64,000 bases of DNA from Dicyema japonicum (taxonomy: Eukaryota; Animalia; Dicyemida). Numbering within the stretch: position 1 is the first letter of the stretch; every line of letters begins with the position of its first letter. The notes under the pieces are model-generated. The model did no database searches, was not told the origin of the DNA, and worked only from the letters and a program-made list of their open reading frames with translations. The stretch is taken from contig RDEW01000025.1 of the NCBI GenBank assembly GCA_011109175.1, positions 279,990-343,989 of the forward strand, in the 5' to 3' direction. The translations under genes and the position numbers were made by a program. This document shows positions 51,780-64,000 of this stretch, piece after piece.

Positions 51780-53050
51780 TTTCCCATTAACTTTATCTCA
51801 CATTCAGATGTCAGTGAGGGTTTGAAGAGGATGAATTCTTCCCTCTCATGTGGACCTGATTCTATCCCTGGTATCTTACTAAAACACCTGGATCTATAGC
51901 AATTAATGCAATCACAGTGATTTTCAACTATTCAATAAACATGAATACAATTTCAACTATCTGGAAACTGTCCTATATATTCCCAATCCTTAAGCCTGGG
52001 AAGCCTAAGGACAATCCTGTATCATTTCGACCAATTTCTTTACTATGCACTCAAAATTATTGGAAAAACTGATTCTTAATCTTACCACCTCACTGCCCTC
52101 AATCAATTTATCCCTGAAGGCTTTAACACAAATCCTTGCCACCTCAAACAGTCGTTTGCTCGATCGATTTACAAAAGGCCTTCGACTCTGTCTCCAGGAA
52201 AATCCTAACCCGGAAATTGTTTGGCCTCTTCGTCTCCCCCAATATAAAACTCTGGCTTGCTAACTTCATCAATGTAAGAAGGGCCCGGGTATACATGGAT
52301 GTGACAAGATTACTACCCGATGATGTTCTACAAGGTTCCCCTTTATCACCCACCTTATTTAACTTACACATGTCCGATCTACCAAAACCCGATGATAAAG
52401 ACGATTTCCTCCTTTCATATGCTGATGACCTACTAATCGGATCCCGCGATCAAGATCTCCTAATGGCTTCAGAAAGACTACGAGAATTCCTTCACGAGAT
52501 TCAAATTTAGCTAAATACCTTTCACAAGAGACTGAAAATCTTGGGGATCACCTTCGACACACATGTGTTTTCATCTCATGTCGACTGCATCTCTGGAAGC
52601 TGCTCAAGAAAGCTAGGGATAATCAAATCTATTTTCGGTGGCATTAAAACCCCTTTCCCAGCTTTAAAATGATTATTCAAACAATTCATTAGGGTCAGCT
52701 ATACCTGGCCTATGGGGAATCAATCTGTCCTGGACGAACAAGCAAAAAATCCACGACATTCACTCCTCAACAGCCACAACTATTAGTAATCTTGGAAAAC
52801 TAGAAAAACTGATCCCTTCATCACTAGAGGACCTTATCCGACAAAATGGAAAGGGACTTGCTACCCTGTGCAGACATAACTCTCTTATGAGAAGAGTGTA
52901 CATCACCCCTCTCCAATTCCTATTCCCCAAACAACCCTCCCACAGAGAAGTTGCGTTGGATCCCAGAAGGTGCACGAGGAGAAGATGAGAAATCTGATTG
53001 AAGCCTTCGAGATCACCATGTCTCTTCCATGTAGCAAGTTGAATTTTTTG
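51780..53050 (+). mobile_element. Jockey/CR1-type LINE RT, frameshifted
   Basis: SCGPDSIP, IFPILKPGKP..SFRPISLL, CSIDLQKAFDSVSR, VLQGSPLSPTLFNLHMSDLP, SYADDLLI, ILGITFD. Confidence 0.82.
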
Positions 53051-53429
53051 AAACTATATCCAAACGTCTCATAGTTCGGATGATTGTTGAAAGTGACACG
53101 TTTTTCTTGTTTACATCGGAAAAAGCATTTTGTAAAGTGTTAACTTGAATGATGCGTCCTCTTCAATTTTTGTCTCAAAAAGGAGACATCAGATGATTAG
53201 CATTTTGACAAAGTTATTAGACAAATCTGAAAACCCGGGAATAATAATTCATTTTTTTGTTAAGTCGGTGAGGTGGGTCTTCAACAGAATGTTTGGAAAA
53301 CACGGAATTAATGGACCAGACTTTCATTTTTTGTGTTGCACGTGCTTTATCACGTCCTATGGCATGTCGTATAATATAATGAATAATATTCGACCTTTCC
53401 CCCTAGGAGTGGTAATGTTTCCACTACTC

Positions 53430-53690
53430 ATCTCAGCTTGGGTCCATTCATTCCCTTGACAAATTCCTGGAAGATCGAAGCTAGGCAAAAAAGACTTCTA
53501 AAATTACGAACGATGGACTTGTGGAAAGTTCTTTTTCCAGTGCTTCTAGAATTTTTATTCGTAGAACCTGCTGTTGCGACTACAAGTATCCAGTTATACG
53601 GGCATTGTGGATCGAGGGAGGAACATTGGGCCAAGTTGAAGTCTCTGTTAGATCGTGCTGGGACATCCAAGGTGTCCTTAATTTTTTGCT
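53430..53690 (+). mobile_element. LINE 3' fragment
   Basis: ..LYGHCGSREEHWAKLKSLLDRAG matches the C-termini at about 14450-14520 and about 37800. Confidence 0.5.
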
Positions 53691-53805
53691 ATTTTGCTTG
53701 CGTATGAGTCCCTGTAAGTCAAGGACCAACCCAAACCCAGATTTGATTCCTAAAGGGCACTTATACACCGTTAAATTAATGCACAATGACTGCAATCAAT
53801 AATCT

Positions 53806-54090
53806 ACTAAATAATCCACACTATAATTTAGCAACAATATATTGACACGTGGTTTGATCATTAATAATGATATTTTTCCACATAATCTGAACTATAAAAA
53901 TGCTATATTGACACGTGGTCTATTATCACAACTGACCTTCCACTAAATAATCCTCACTATAAGGAATTAACAATATATTGGCACGTGGTCTACCTATTAA
54001 TTATGTTTGGTATGTTGTCGATCACATACGGTGTTTCTCTACATAATCAAATATAAAAATTGCGATATTGACACGTGTTCTGTCATTATT
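53806..54090 (+). promoter_or_regulatory. Higher-order tandem repeat (AB)2 carrying four CACGTG E-boxes upstream of the RING gene
   Basis: ATATTGrCACGTG with CACGTG at 53846, 53912, 53982 and 54072; alternating flanks ctaaataatcc.cactataa / cataatc..a.tataaaaa.tgc. The repeat is direct observation; the regulatory role is inference. Confidence 0.6.
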
Positions 54091-54561
54091 CACAGTGCCC
54101 ATAAAAGCCCGACTAAATCGGTTTATCCTCCTGATGAATATTGACAGCTAGTCGATTTGGCTAAAACTAATCCAAGTATAGGGTTACTAATGAACTACGC
54201 ATATTTGGAAATAAATAGGGGCTATTACGCATTTAAAATCATCTGGGGGATTCTGTTCAAAGAACGTAATATGCAGCATAAGGATAGTTTTCGAGAGCAA
54301 CACACTTTAAATCGGCAGTTTACGTGGAATTAGAAAATAATACATTATCACGTCGATTAATTAGTGCGAGTTCAATAAATCATTTATTACGCATAATTGG
54401 GAAGTTTGCTAGGAAATGAATCTAAATCGCAGAAATTCTAAATCTTCAGAAAATCTCGTATCATTTTGCTTTAGTGATATTTAGTCAAAGTACGAGTTTT
54501 ATCCCACGTGTCCACAATATTCCGATGTGATCAACCAGGAAGTGAGCTCCAACTACATTTT

Positions 54562-54877
54562 ATGAATCCTGCCGTGGCAGAACCTCGATGTATCAAGTAT
54601 GGCTAACATTACTGATTATTTTACACGTGCCACTGCTTATCAGGGTCTTATTTATCTTAGATGTCTGAAACTGTTCGATAGCCGTTCTCGGATACCGAAA
54701 AAGCAGCATTCCTGTGGGCACCGAATCTGTCGCCGTTGTATTTCCCTGATTTTGAGCGCCTCCAGTGACATGTGGCTCCTATGTTGTCCTTACTGCTATG
54801 GAAAAACAAAATTGGAGCTGATCAATCGGATTGATTCGCTGGAGACTGATTTATCCGCAATAATTTCTAATAAATAA
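54562..54877 (+). CDS. Small RING-finger protein or exon(s)
   Basis: Splicing 54597-54660 (GT..AG, 64 nt) gives MNPAVAEPRCIKCLKLFDSRSRIPKKQHSCGHRICRRC..CPYC, a complete RING-HC-like ligand set. Confidence 0.75.
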
Positions 54878-54935
54878 AAATATTTTAATCGTGTTAATTT
54901 TTATTAATTTAATAAATAATTTTTTGATTTGAATT

Positions 54936-56663
54936 TTGGCTGTTATGTAATATTGTAGTATGTAGTATTTGGATACAAACCTTCAGTCCCACATCATCAA
55001 TCACTGTCAAAAGATGTTTAACAGTTTCTCCCTCTCACCAATTGGCAAATATTTAGTCACTTGCGAAGTTATTAGTCTCACTGTTAGTCCTATCATAAGC
55101 CGCTTGTGAGAATATGGGACTTCAAATTGACGAGTTTTCTGGTCACCGAGCCCTCTCCTCCGTTGTAAGTAGTTATATTTTAGCCCAGTCGTTTTCAGCG
55201 GACAGTGAGACCTTTGTTTCTGTAGGTACTGTACATGACATGAACATATTTCAGTACAACATATAGAGATGGACTCGATGTACTAACAAAATAGCTGCCT
55301 CCGTTGACTCTAAGTCATAATTAGGTGTCAGGTGTATATTCAGTAAGGATGGGATGAATGTGGTCACTGCCGGGGTGAGACATGTCAAGTTCTGTATAAA
55401 AGATGTAGTATTATTGCTTATTGGCAGGATATCAGGTCAGGTGGCTGTTCTAACTGGCACATCCCCAACATTGAGAAAACTAAAGATCCACAACTTTGTG
55501 ATGCCGTGTCTTGTCGCATCCACACCCAATGTCGCATTTTCTGTAAACTTATGGAATTTTGTGTGAATCCGTACAGTCGACCTTAACGCAGTGATCCTCT
55601 ATTAGTTCATTCAAAGTGTTTGTCAAGTCTCTGTGTCAGCCATGTTTAGTGGGGGTGACAGTTCTCTCAATGACTGTGATGAGTCAAATATATGTGGTGG
55701 AATTCCAATGATAGTATTGCTAATATTCAGTAATGTAAATTGTATGGGGATTGCCTCTCGTGGAGCGTACCTCTACTTCTTATCGTTGTGATTCCTTGTA
55801 GGCACTCGTTTTAGATGTCCTTGTGTTGGCAGCAACCACTCTGTTCTCTCAGTGGGAGACTCATGTGGTTTTATGACTAAAAATATTTGATTTGTCACCA
55901 AAAGGTCCCATTTGGGACACAAAGGCTGACAATGCTGAAGTAATGAAAATGGAGTTGTGCCTTACTTGGCTTTTAAGTAGTCATACATTGTAGGGGACTG
56001 TGAAATGCTAATATTGGCCGCAGTTTCCAGGGATAGATTTGAATGTATATTGGACGTTCTTCCTCTAGTATTGACATGGGGGATGATAATATTACGTGCA
56101 CTGTTAGAATTGAAGGTAGTTTAGCCATATTTACGTCATCGAATGGTCATATTGTGAGATTTGACCAAATTACTGAGACTATATTGTGGACTAGTGCTAC
56201 TGCTTATAGAGACATGATGCTGTCTTCCTATTCATTTTTGATATCCTCTACCCAATCTGCAGGACTATTCCTATGGCGTCTCCCATTGCAATGTGACATT
56301 GGTGGTATATGAGCAGTCTCTTCACAAAGATCTGCTTCATATGACATATATCCAGGACATAAGTATTCAATGGTAGTTTTGTTGCTACAGTACAACCCCG
56401 CCCCAATAAACCCCGGCTTGGGAACCCTCTGTATTCGGAACGATGGTGGTCTGAATATGGTGGACGACATGCGGGTGTGCTGCCATTTGCGAGTTAAAAT
56501 AGAAAAGTTAAATTCCGTATCATCATTTGTCACTTTCATTGTATTACTTATCAGCAAAATTTGTGCTCAAAGATTTAAAAAATGGAAAATACGATTAGCT
56601 TCTTTCAGTTATGAAATTGACAAAAACTGCTCAAAAAACTCACTGATGAAAATACCGCTTTAA
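54936..56663 (+). CDS. WDR62/MAPKBP1-like WD40 protein, multi-exon
   Basis: HIINHCQK..SLSPIGKYLVTCE..PLVRIWD ~ HILNSSRK..AFSPDGKYLVTGE..PAVRVWD; SFSADSETFVSVG.VHDM ~ AFSPSAKYIVSVGYQHDM; FSKDGMNVVTAGVRHVKF ~ FSEDCSYFVTAGNRHIKF; ILAAVSRDR ~ LLASASRDR (from memory). Start and end are uncertain. Confidence 0.7.
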
Positions 56664-56799
56664 TAAAGTCGGAACTACACGAATAGTCGACATATCAAAA
56701 AAGTTAAATTAAAGGGCGGTGATTAAATAATTAATTTTTCTTATTTTTGTTTTTTCATTAATAATAAATAAATTCTTAAAAAATAATAATATCAGAACT

Positions 56800-57900
56800 A
56801 ATATTTCTTGAGAAATTACTACAAAATGCGGCCCTCGAAGCGAAATGGTCCCTGATCTAGGATATATAAAGTCTGGAAAGGAACAGTATCTAGAATACAA
56901 TGATTTTATTCTGCTAACTTTAGTACCGAGTAAGTCATGTATAAAAACTATGAATCAGATCTTTTAGTTTTTGAACTTTTCAGAAACACGAGGCAAGAAT
57001 GGAATTTCAGTTTCCGGATATTTTATTAAAAACATTGCAGAACTATCGGTGCTCTGATAAATTTTTAAAATTTCAAAGGCTCAAATGGATGGCTCGACCG
57101 TTTCAAGAAGCGTCACTATCTTTTAATGCAATTTTTTGAGAATAGAATTCCTGCGACAAAAATTCAGTTAAATTTTACTAAGAGTATTTTGACCAAGTTT
57201 AATATGAAAGATATTTTGTGATGAAACTTGCTTTTTCATCAAAAAGAATAAAAATAAATCATTTGTCACTAGGAAATTGTTTGGTAAAAAATCTGTAAAG
57301 TCCTTCTATGCTGTAGCATTAAAGGTGAACAGCTAAAACCGTTGGTAATTGGAAAGTTTAAATCACCGAGATGCCTTAAAAATACAAGAACTGAGGATTG
57401 TGGAGTACTGAGGATAGTGGATAGGTTATGTACATCCAAGAATGCATGGATGACTGGTGAGATCTTTATTTGGTTACAAAAAATTAATAATGAAATGTTC
57501 TTACAGAATCGACAAATTTTAACTCTTGATAATGCTCGATGTCACATTTGTCAAAGTCATCAATCTTACATTCCTCAAACTTCCAAAAAATACAACAGCC
57601 ATTCCTAAACCCCTTGATATGGGGATTATCAATTCTTTTAAATCTTCACATTCAAATGTCCTCTGTGAAGCAATTTGTATCGACGATGTATGTGAAAATT
57701 ATTAAGGGACTTTGTTAAAGATAATATGCGACAAGTTATCGTATTTGTTGGAGAAGGCTGGAATCGAGTAAATAGGGACACAATAAAAAATTATTGGAAT
57801 AAATAGACGAATTTAGAAATAATGTGCACGAAATTTGTCCAAAAATTCACTCTGAACTTTTGGAGCCTCATATTTCAAGATTAGTGGCCATCCAATTTAG
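56800..57900 (+). mobile_element. pogo/Tigger transposase, degenerate
   Basis: FKGSNGWLDRFKKRH (HTH); DET; KPLVIGKFKSPRCLKN..KNAWMT..LDNA..H; PLD.GII (DDE_1). Confidence 0.78.
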
Positions 57901-58197
57901 TGGAATTGAAAATAACACACAATTATATGTTGGTGTCATGAAATTTAAAATTAGCTTAAAGACACAATAAATATAACGAATAATCTTGAAAATTCATTAT
58001 TTAATGCTTGTCCTTACGCACTTTGAGAATATTATGATTTCAGACTTCAAGAAATTACGGGAAAATACAATATTGGGAGATAATTAGCGATTACTATTTT
58101 AATTAATAAATTGCTTTTTTATTTCAAAATGCTATTTTTTTAACTGATTATATTTTTTATTATAATGAAAGATTAATAATGAAAATTAGGCAATAAT

Positions 58198-58500
58198 TAG
58201 GACGACAGAATGGCGAAGGCGTTACCTTTGATAATCGCCATTTCGAGCCTCTGCCTCAACAGAGTCCCTCCCGTGGCTCGCACCTTTTTGAGGCGAGTTT
58301 GCTTCCAATGCTGTGGAGAAAGGCTTCCGTCTTCGCGCTATAGTTCCAGTTGTCTCTACAGCAATGGGGGCAAAATGGTAGTGGTCTCCAACGGATTCGT
58401 ACTTATGGATATTCTTGACCTCCGCCTAGTCGGCTGCGTCTCCAGGAGAGTGCGTCGCCGTCAGCAATCTGGCTCCTGAGAAGGTGTCCACACACGTTGC
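58198..58500 (-). mobile_element. CRE-like 3' fragment
   Basis: AEVKNIHKY..YHFAPIAVETTG..FLHSIG..LRQRLEMAIIKGNA. Confidence 0.7.
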
Positions 58501-58799
58501 GTCCCAGACAATGCTATTCAATTTAAAAAATTAAAAAATAGTATTGAAAAATGGATAAATTATTTTAATCTGTATTTGGGACAACCTCTGCATTTGGGGC
58601 CTTTTCCATTGTGGCAGGAGTTGAACTGTATATTGTGGAGTAATCTGTCTTCCTCTGGTAGAGATTGTATTTTAGCAAGTACTACAAGTTTGTCCCTATT
58701 ATATTTCAGATTTGGAGAGTTTTCATAAAAGTATGCTTACTGTACTACAGGGTTATTATTATTAGCACTTTCACGAGAGCCATAATATTTATAGCCCTT

Positions 58800-59340
58800 C
58801 TGTACTTATAAGAGAATTAGTTAGCTTGCTCCAAGCTCTTCTGTTCTTAGCTAGGTCCCTCAGTGAGTACAGATCGTCAACAGATCGTCACCAGATCGTT
58901 TTGTAAAACGATCGGGAGGAGTTGTTCTCGGTCTTCCACGAAAGTGTGTTACATTGGAGGAGTAGTAATTTTCCATTGCGATATTCGGGGAGATATCCGG
59001 TCCAACCTCAGGACGTGTCCAAAAAGTCTCCAACGAGAGCTAATGATCTCGTGACTTAAAGGTGTACAGTCACACTTATTGTACAGTCCTTTCCGCGAGA
59101 TCTTGGATGGCCAGGACATTCCAGTTATGTTTCTTTGATGATTCCTGTTAAACGAGTCTAGTCTCTCCAATTCCTCTTTTGAGGTGGCAGGTCCCAGAGT
59201 TGTATAGGAGATTGATTTAATAAAAGTGTCGTATAACATCATCCTTTGTTTTATGTTATTCCTTTCCGTTTTAGCCATAGGTTGTTCAGTCTGTGTAATC
59301 CGCGTTTGCCATGGTTTTTCTCCGTATGATATCTTCACTA
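58800..59340 (-). mobile_element. RTE-like LINE 3' fragment
   Basis: LYDTFIKSISY..W..ELERLDSFNRNHQRNITGMSWPSKISRKGLY..RWRLFGHVLR. Confidence 0.72.
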
Positions 59341-59559
59341 TCTCCTAAAGCCAAGTTTCTTTGTGTCTCCATTTCCCTTCAAATGAGTTATTCATTCGTC
59401 TTATTTCTGTTTTTTTCCAGGGTTATTAGTCAACATAAAAATGTATTAATTCCTTCTATAATATTAGAGATCAAGCATCTTCAGATGTCTCTAGAAAATG
59501 ATAAAATTTGTTATTGACGGTATCACTCAATGTCCTCTCCAAATAGACTAGGGAAAGGC

Positions 59560-59960
59560 AAAAGATGGTATCCCCAATGGAATCAGTCTCTTGCGTCTAT
59601 GATTAGATTCCCAGAGTATAGATTATTTGTATTTAGGATTACTTTTACAGGCATCAGTCAAGGGCGTTCAAATGTTGAATAGGTAGTAATGGCTTGTACG
59701 AGAAGGCTTTTCTGAGAAATCTGAGACTCCAAAGGCCTATATGGATTGGATACCCTCTACAACCAGTACATTGAACCTACAATTGGGTAGGCATGTGCTG
59801 ATTGGGGGACAAACCTCGCCCGATGAACCTGAACAAGATCTAGCGTTCAATCAAAGGCGTCGAAACTACTGAGGAAGTCTTCTTGCAAGGAAATCCTGTC
59901 CAGAAGCTTTGAAGCTATGGTTAATGTGACTGGGGCAAGAAAGAACTTAAAAAACTAAAT
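59560..59960 (+). mobile_element. LINE RT C-terminal remnant
   Basis: YLGLLL..; LYNQYIEPTIG*ACADWG. Confidence 0.5.
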
Positions 59961-60739
59961 TAAAGAACTAAAGAAGAGATTGGTAGAATTCAGAGCAGTC
60001 GACGACACATCAGCAATTAACAAAACACAAACAGTTGGGGGACCAGTCAAAAAAGAAGATTGACAAACTTCAATTTCAGTTATCAAAGAATACAAAAATA
60101 TTAGCAAAGATAAAATTTAGGATTTTGAAAGTCAACGAATGACAACAGTCTAATTTGAAGACACTAAAGTCCGATTCAACAGAATGGCAGAAGAACTAGG
60201 GAAAGTGAAGTTACACCAATAACGAACAAATTAAACATAAATATTAAAGTTTAGTTGACAAGTTGGGAGACAAAAGCAGAATCCTGAATAAAGTCATTCT
60301 ATTAATTTATAAAATATATTACTTTGTTGTACAAAACACGAACCATTAGTGAACATGCGGGACATTCAGCAAATTCTTCACCATCTTGAAGGTCCTCCTG
60401 TCAGTTAAACAAAATAAATACTAAGGATATTTCGAACTTGTCTCCACATGGGCAAGGATACGTAAAAATTTGTGATTCTTTGTCGAATATAAATCCTCAA
60501 TCTTTACTTCCTCGTAAATATACGACATTAACCACAATCACTATAAACGTGAATTATATTTAAATATAATTAATTTAATAAATATATTTGCATTTAAATT
60601 AGATTTATTTTTTACTAATTAAATAATAATTTGTAGAGCTTGCTATCATGTGAGTCATCCTGGACCCCCTGTTATAATTCACACATCAAGTGGATTTGAT
60701 AACCTCGAGGATCCGAAAAAAAATAAATTCTTAAGACTT

Positions 60740-61665
60740 TTTCACATTCTACGGTATCTTCTATCCCTCCGTTGGAGCTTCTATACAATTTGTTCACGCA
60801 ACGAGTATGCTTGTGCTTCATGAATTGCCCTTCTCGCTATCGGGACAGAACAAGAATGAGGCTATAACCTGCAATATATAACTAGGAATCACAGAAATAC
60901 TACTATTCTCTCTGACTTGATTGTCTTGCATCTGTCAGGGGTGTTTGACAGCAGGGGTAAGAAAAAATCTGATGGGATTTTCCATGCTAATGTGGGACAT
61001 GATACGCGTTGTTTCATTCACTGTTTTTTTTAATGACTGCTCATTTTGTCTCTTCAAATACTGACTCTACTGAACGAATTAAACTAAAGAAATACTCAGC
61101 TTTTGGAGATCGTTTCTGTTTCGTCACTCTTGCATTCGAATTCTCTGGAGCGGTTACAAGAATGAACTAAGGAGTCATCAATGAAATCGGGAATGCGATT
61201 GCGGCCCGATTTTCACAGCTTAGGATAGAAGATTAGATTTTCCAACAAAGTTCTGGTCAATTAAAATTTAATAAATTTTTTGAATATTTTTTGGGGTGGA
61301 AATACCTGCCCAGACGTGACACTTGCATTCTCTTCTTCCAATCTAATGATAATAACCTCTCAACCAGAATCAGAACCCTTAAGAGAGAATACGTCCATGC
61401 CCATCAGAAGCAAGGAAAAAGCTACTTAATTGAAGATTTCTCTTCCTTTTTTCTAGTGGCGTCATCGGATCCACCTTACTAGAGAGACCCCCAATGTCTG
61501 GAGGCACTCAAAGGGATCCATTTCTTCATTTCGTAGGGAGAAATTTCTCCCTGCCGACGAGTTCTAGCATCGACCTCATCTCCCCAGACAATGTTCTCAA
61601 GATCAATGTACTAGGATGAGGGTTATACCAAAACCCGTCAATATCACGGGATTAGTTAGTTTGGG
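60740..61665 (+). mobile_element. Degenerate LINE 3' half with (TTAG)n tail
   Basis: Ends ATCACGGGATTAGTTAGTTT at about 61643-61662; colinear with 39655-39800 (-). Confidence 0.45.
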
Positions 61666-61849
61666 TACCACCAAACCTTCCTGCATATTAGCCACTTTGC
61701 TAATAGGTCGACGGTTATAGGAAAGTCTATTGAAGAGAAAATAGTGGTTTTGTCGAACTCTTCTGTTTGGGTGTCTGTCCTCATTGTATTGAAATCTTCT
61801 GGCGGTAACGGAGTGGGTTATGATAAGTAAGCTTTGAAACTGTCTGGGA

Positions 61850-64000
61850 GACATTATCTAGGTCTCCCATATTACCAAGAGAACATTGGAGAATACCAAC
61901 TACTAATAAATCTCTTGTTAATCCCTAAGGCAGATGCCTTTCATCTGAATTCCTCCAACTTGGGGAGACGAGATTGAATCCAGACATCAGTGCATCCGAT
62001 GCTTCCTTATTCCAAAACCTCAGGTTTCTGATGTCTCCCATGTCCCCAGTTCGCCTCTCCTTTCGTCTCAGACTATTTGACAGGAACATGAGGAATCTTA
62101 AACTTCGAAGAGAGCTGATCACCTCATTACAAGAGGACAACCTCGGTCTCTCCTAGGGCTGAAGTGATTAATGTGGATAAGGAAGCAATCGTTATCTGAA
62201 AGATGCTGCACGTGACACACAAATATGTTAGTTATAGCTAGCAAGCCAGCAAATATCACCACGGAGGACAACTTCGCAACATCTGTGGAAAGATTCCTTG
62301 GATTTACGTACGATGCTTCCTGAAGCTCTTAGTGGTGATCTGAGATCGATAAAAATGGGCTCAAGATGAAGGATCTTGGTGATCTGAGAAGTCGACTTCA
62401 AATAGAAGGATGGTGGAAGCGATTAGTGAACATGATTATCCAAGCGTGAGAGTTGCCCTCATGATCCAATATTTTGGAAAAGTCATTGGGTCACTTTGAG
62501 TTCACTCTTCCGTGTTTTTACAAGTCGATTAATCCCGGACTCCCTTGCTTGGTCTTCCAATGTATCAATTGTAGAATGGTAGAGATTCTGCCTATAAAGG
62601 AACTTCGACAAGGATCTCCCTCTTTACGACCGATCGAAATCAAAACTGTAGGGAAAGTCCTACTCTGATTGAGTTTGGTAGCAACGATTCTAAAACCCTG
62701 ATCTCAGGAGGTCCAGCCCCTAGGTTTTTCTTGTTTCAAGGACCTGCGTTTCGAAGAGCCCGCATGAAATTGGGGGATCTTGGTCAAATCAATTGCATTC
62801 GTAGCAAAATCTCACTAAAGTTTTAATTATCCTCCCCTCTCTAATTCAGTTGTGAGGGATGGTTTTTCTCCGCAGAAAACAAATCATGGGAGAAGACAGG
62901 GAGTGGCTATTAAGCTAGCACTCAAATGAGTCCTGAGGAGAATTCGAACGGAGAGAAGGCGAAAGTTATAAAACCTAGTAGAGAAGTAATGGAGGAACAG
63001 ACACTGTCTTCCGTAAAGAACGAATTCTGACCATTTATGTCCAGCTACTGAGGTAATCATGAAAGGAAAAAGATCTTGTTGAGGAGTCCAAGTAAATATA
63101 TTACTGGAAATCACCGTTCTCTCATTAGAGGTGTTAACTTCCAACTTATCCTCTCTCCTTATCGGAGTCAATCGTTCCTTCTCTTCTCCCATTCAAGTCG
63201 GAAGTAGAGATGAACCAAAAGCTAAAAACTGTCTAATCCTTTCCACTCTTTCCTTCTATTCCTAAAGGGGTCATTAGATCCACCTAATTCAGGAGTCCTG
63301 GTTTCTGATGATCCTGAGTCCATTAATAAGGGGGAAGAAGGTTGATGAGATGAACAAATTAACTGTGCAAGAGCTATTCCATAGTGTACCAGAGCTACGT
63401 CATCAGTCAACAGCTAACCACTAAGCTAACTGGCTAGGGATCTGTGATGGTGACTATACCGTGCTGGCCCACTAATCTTTAAAGTCTTAGATGCGGTAGA
63501 AAGACATCTTGTTGAGCTACATCTTGAAGGTTTACCTAAGGTTTTAAGCAAAGTCTTAAAGTTAACCAAAAATGGTAGTGAAACTTATCTTACGGTCCCT
63601 GTGGTGCTGGAATGGCATTCATTGTTAAAGATGTTGTAATTTGAACACGTAAACTTCACTGGACTAATCATACGAGGTCCCTATTGTATGAGAACGTTCA
63701 CTCCCGGGAACTCTGCGAGGGGTAAGAGGCATTTACAAAATCTCCCTATATTGAAAAACCACGGAAACTACAAGAGGCAGTGTTTGCTTCCTCTCTATGG
63801 TGATCGCCAGGCAGAAAGTTACCTTGAGAGCAACGGTTCGAACTTCCTAATATAGTCAGGGACACTGATCTCTGTTTCAGAAAGTCAGGTGGAGACCATT
63901 GACTTTGTGCAGTCGACGCAAAATGTCCCATACAATGAGCAGACATAGAAAAGTCAAGGAATTTATCTCCGACATCGTTCACTTTTAATAAATGTAAACC
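61850..64000 (+). mobile_element. Degenerate non-LTR RT remnant (clade uncertain)
   Basis: FLIPKP..SPLLS and ELRQGSP motifs in RT order on +; many stops. Confidence 0.35.

Noticed and set aside
14611-56663. Stop-codon reassignment (TGA or TAA as sense)
   Set aside because: Internal stops are explained by short introns or 1-nt indels. The HtrL paralogs use TAA and TGA at the homologous terminal position.
63355-63420. Hammerhead-like CUGAUGA-stem-GAAU on the - strand
   Set aside because: U15.1/A16.1 in place of the conserved A:U pair, and stem I barely pairs.
1-64000. Bacterial contaminant, prophage or operon origin of the HtrL-like genes
   Set aside because: The genes have spliceosomal introns and signal anchors and are embedded among eukaryotic genes and retrotransposons; no bacterial gene neighbourhood.

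Overview
This is AT-rich eukaryotic nuclear DNA, not prokaryotic. It is a mosaic of fast-evolving host genes and many decayed transposons. The host genes I can reconstruct by eye are split by very short (22-26 nt) GT-AG introns, which the six-frame ORF track misses: SZT2-like (KICSTOR), RagA/B-like GTPase, a proteasome beta-type subunit, PAK1IP1/Mak11-like, a small RING gene directly upstream of a WDR62/MAPKBP1-like WD40 gene, a divergent class-A-like 7TM receptor, and three tandem HtrL/YibB-family putative glycosyltransferases. Family assignments come from remembered motif similarity, not from database searches. The gene set looks animal-like, and with the tiny introns it suggests a reduced parasitic lineage such as a dicyemid or myxozoan (inference only). 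Mobile elements include R4/NeSL-like, CRE-like, RTE-like and Jockey/CR1-like non-LTR retrotransposons, pogo/Tigger remnants, a Ginger-like integrase element with TIRs, SINE-like repeats, and a 1,344-bp Foldback/MULE-like element with a 9-bp target duplication. Several conserved genes carry single-base frameshifts, often in homopolymers, which probably reflect assembly error. The most interesting signals are the intron-bearing HtrL triplet, the ultra-short intron system, the Foldback element, a possible RING-WD40 fusion and an excess of CACGTG motifs.
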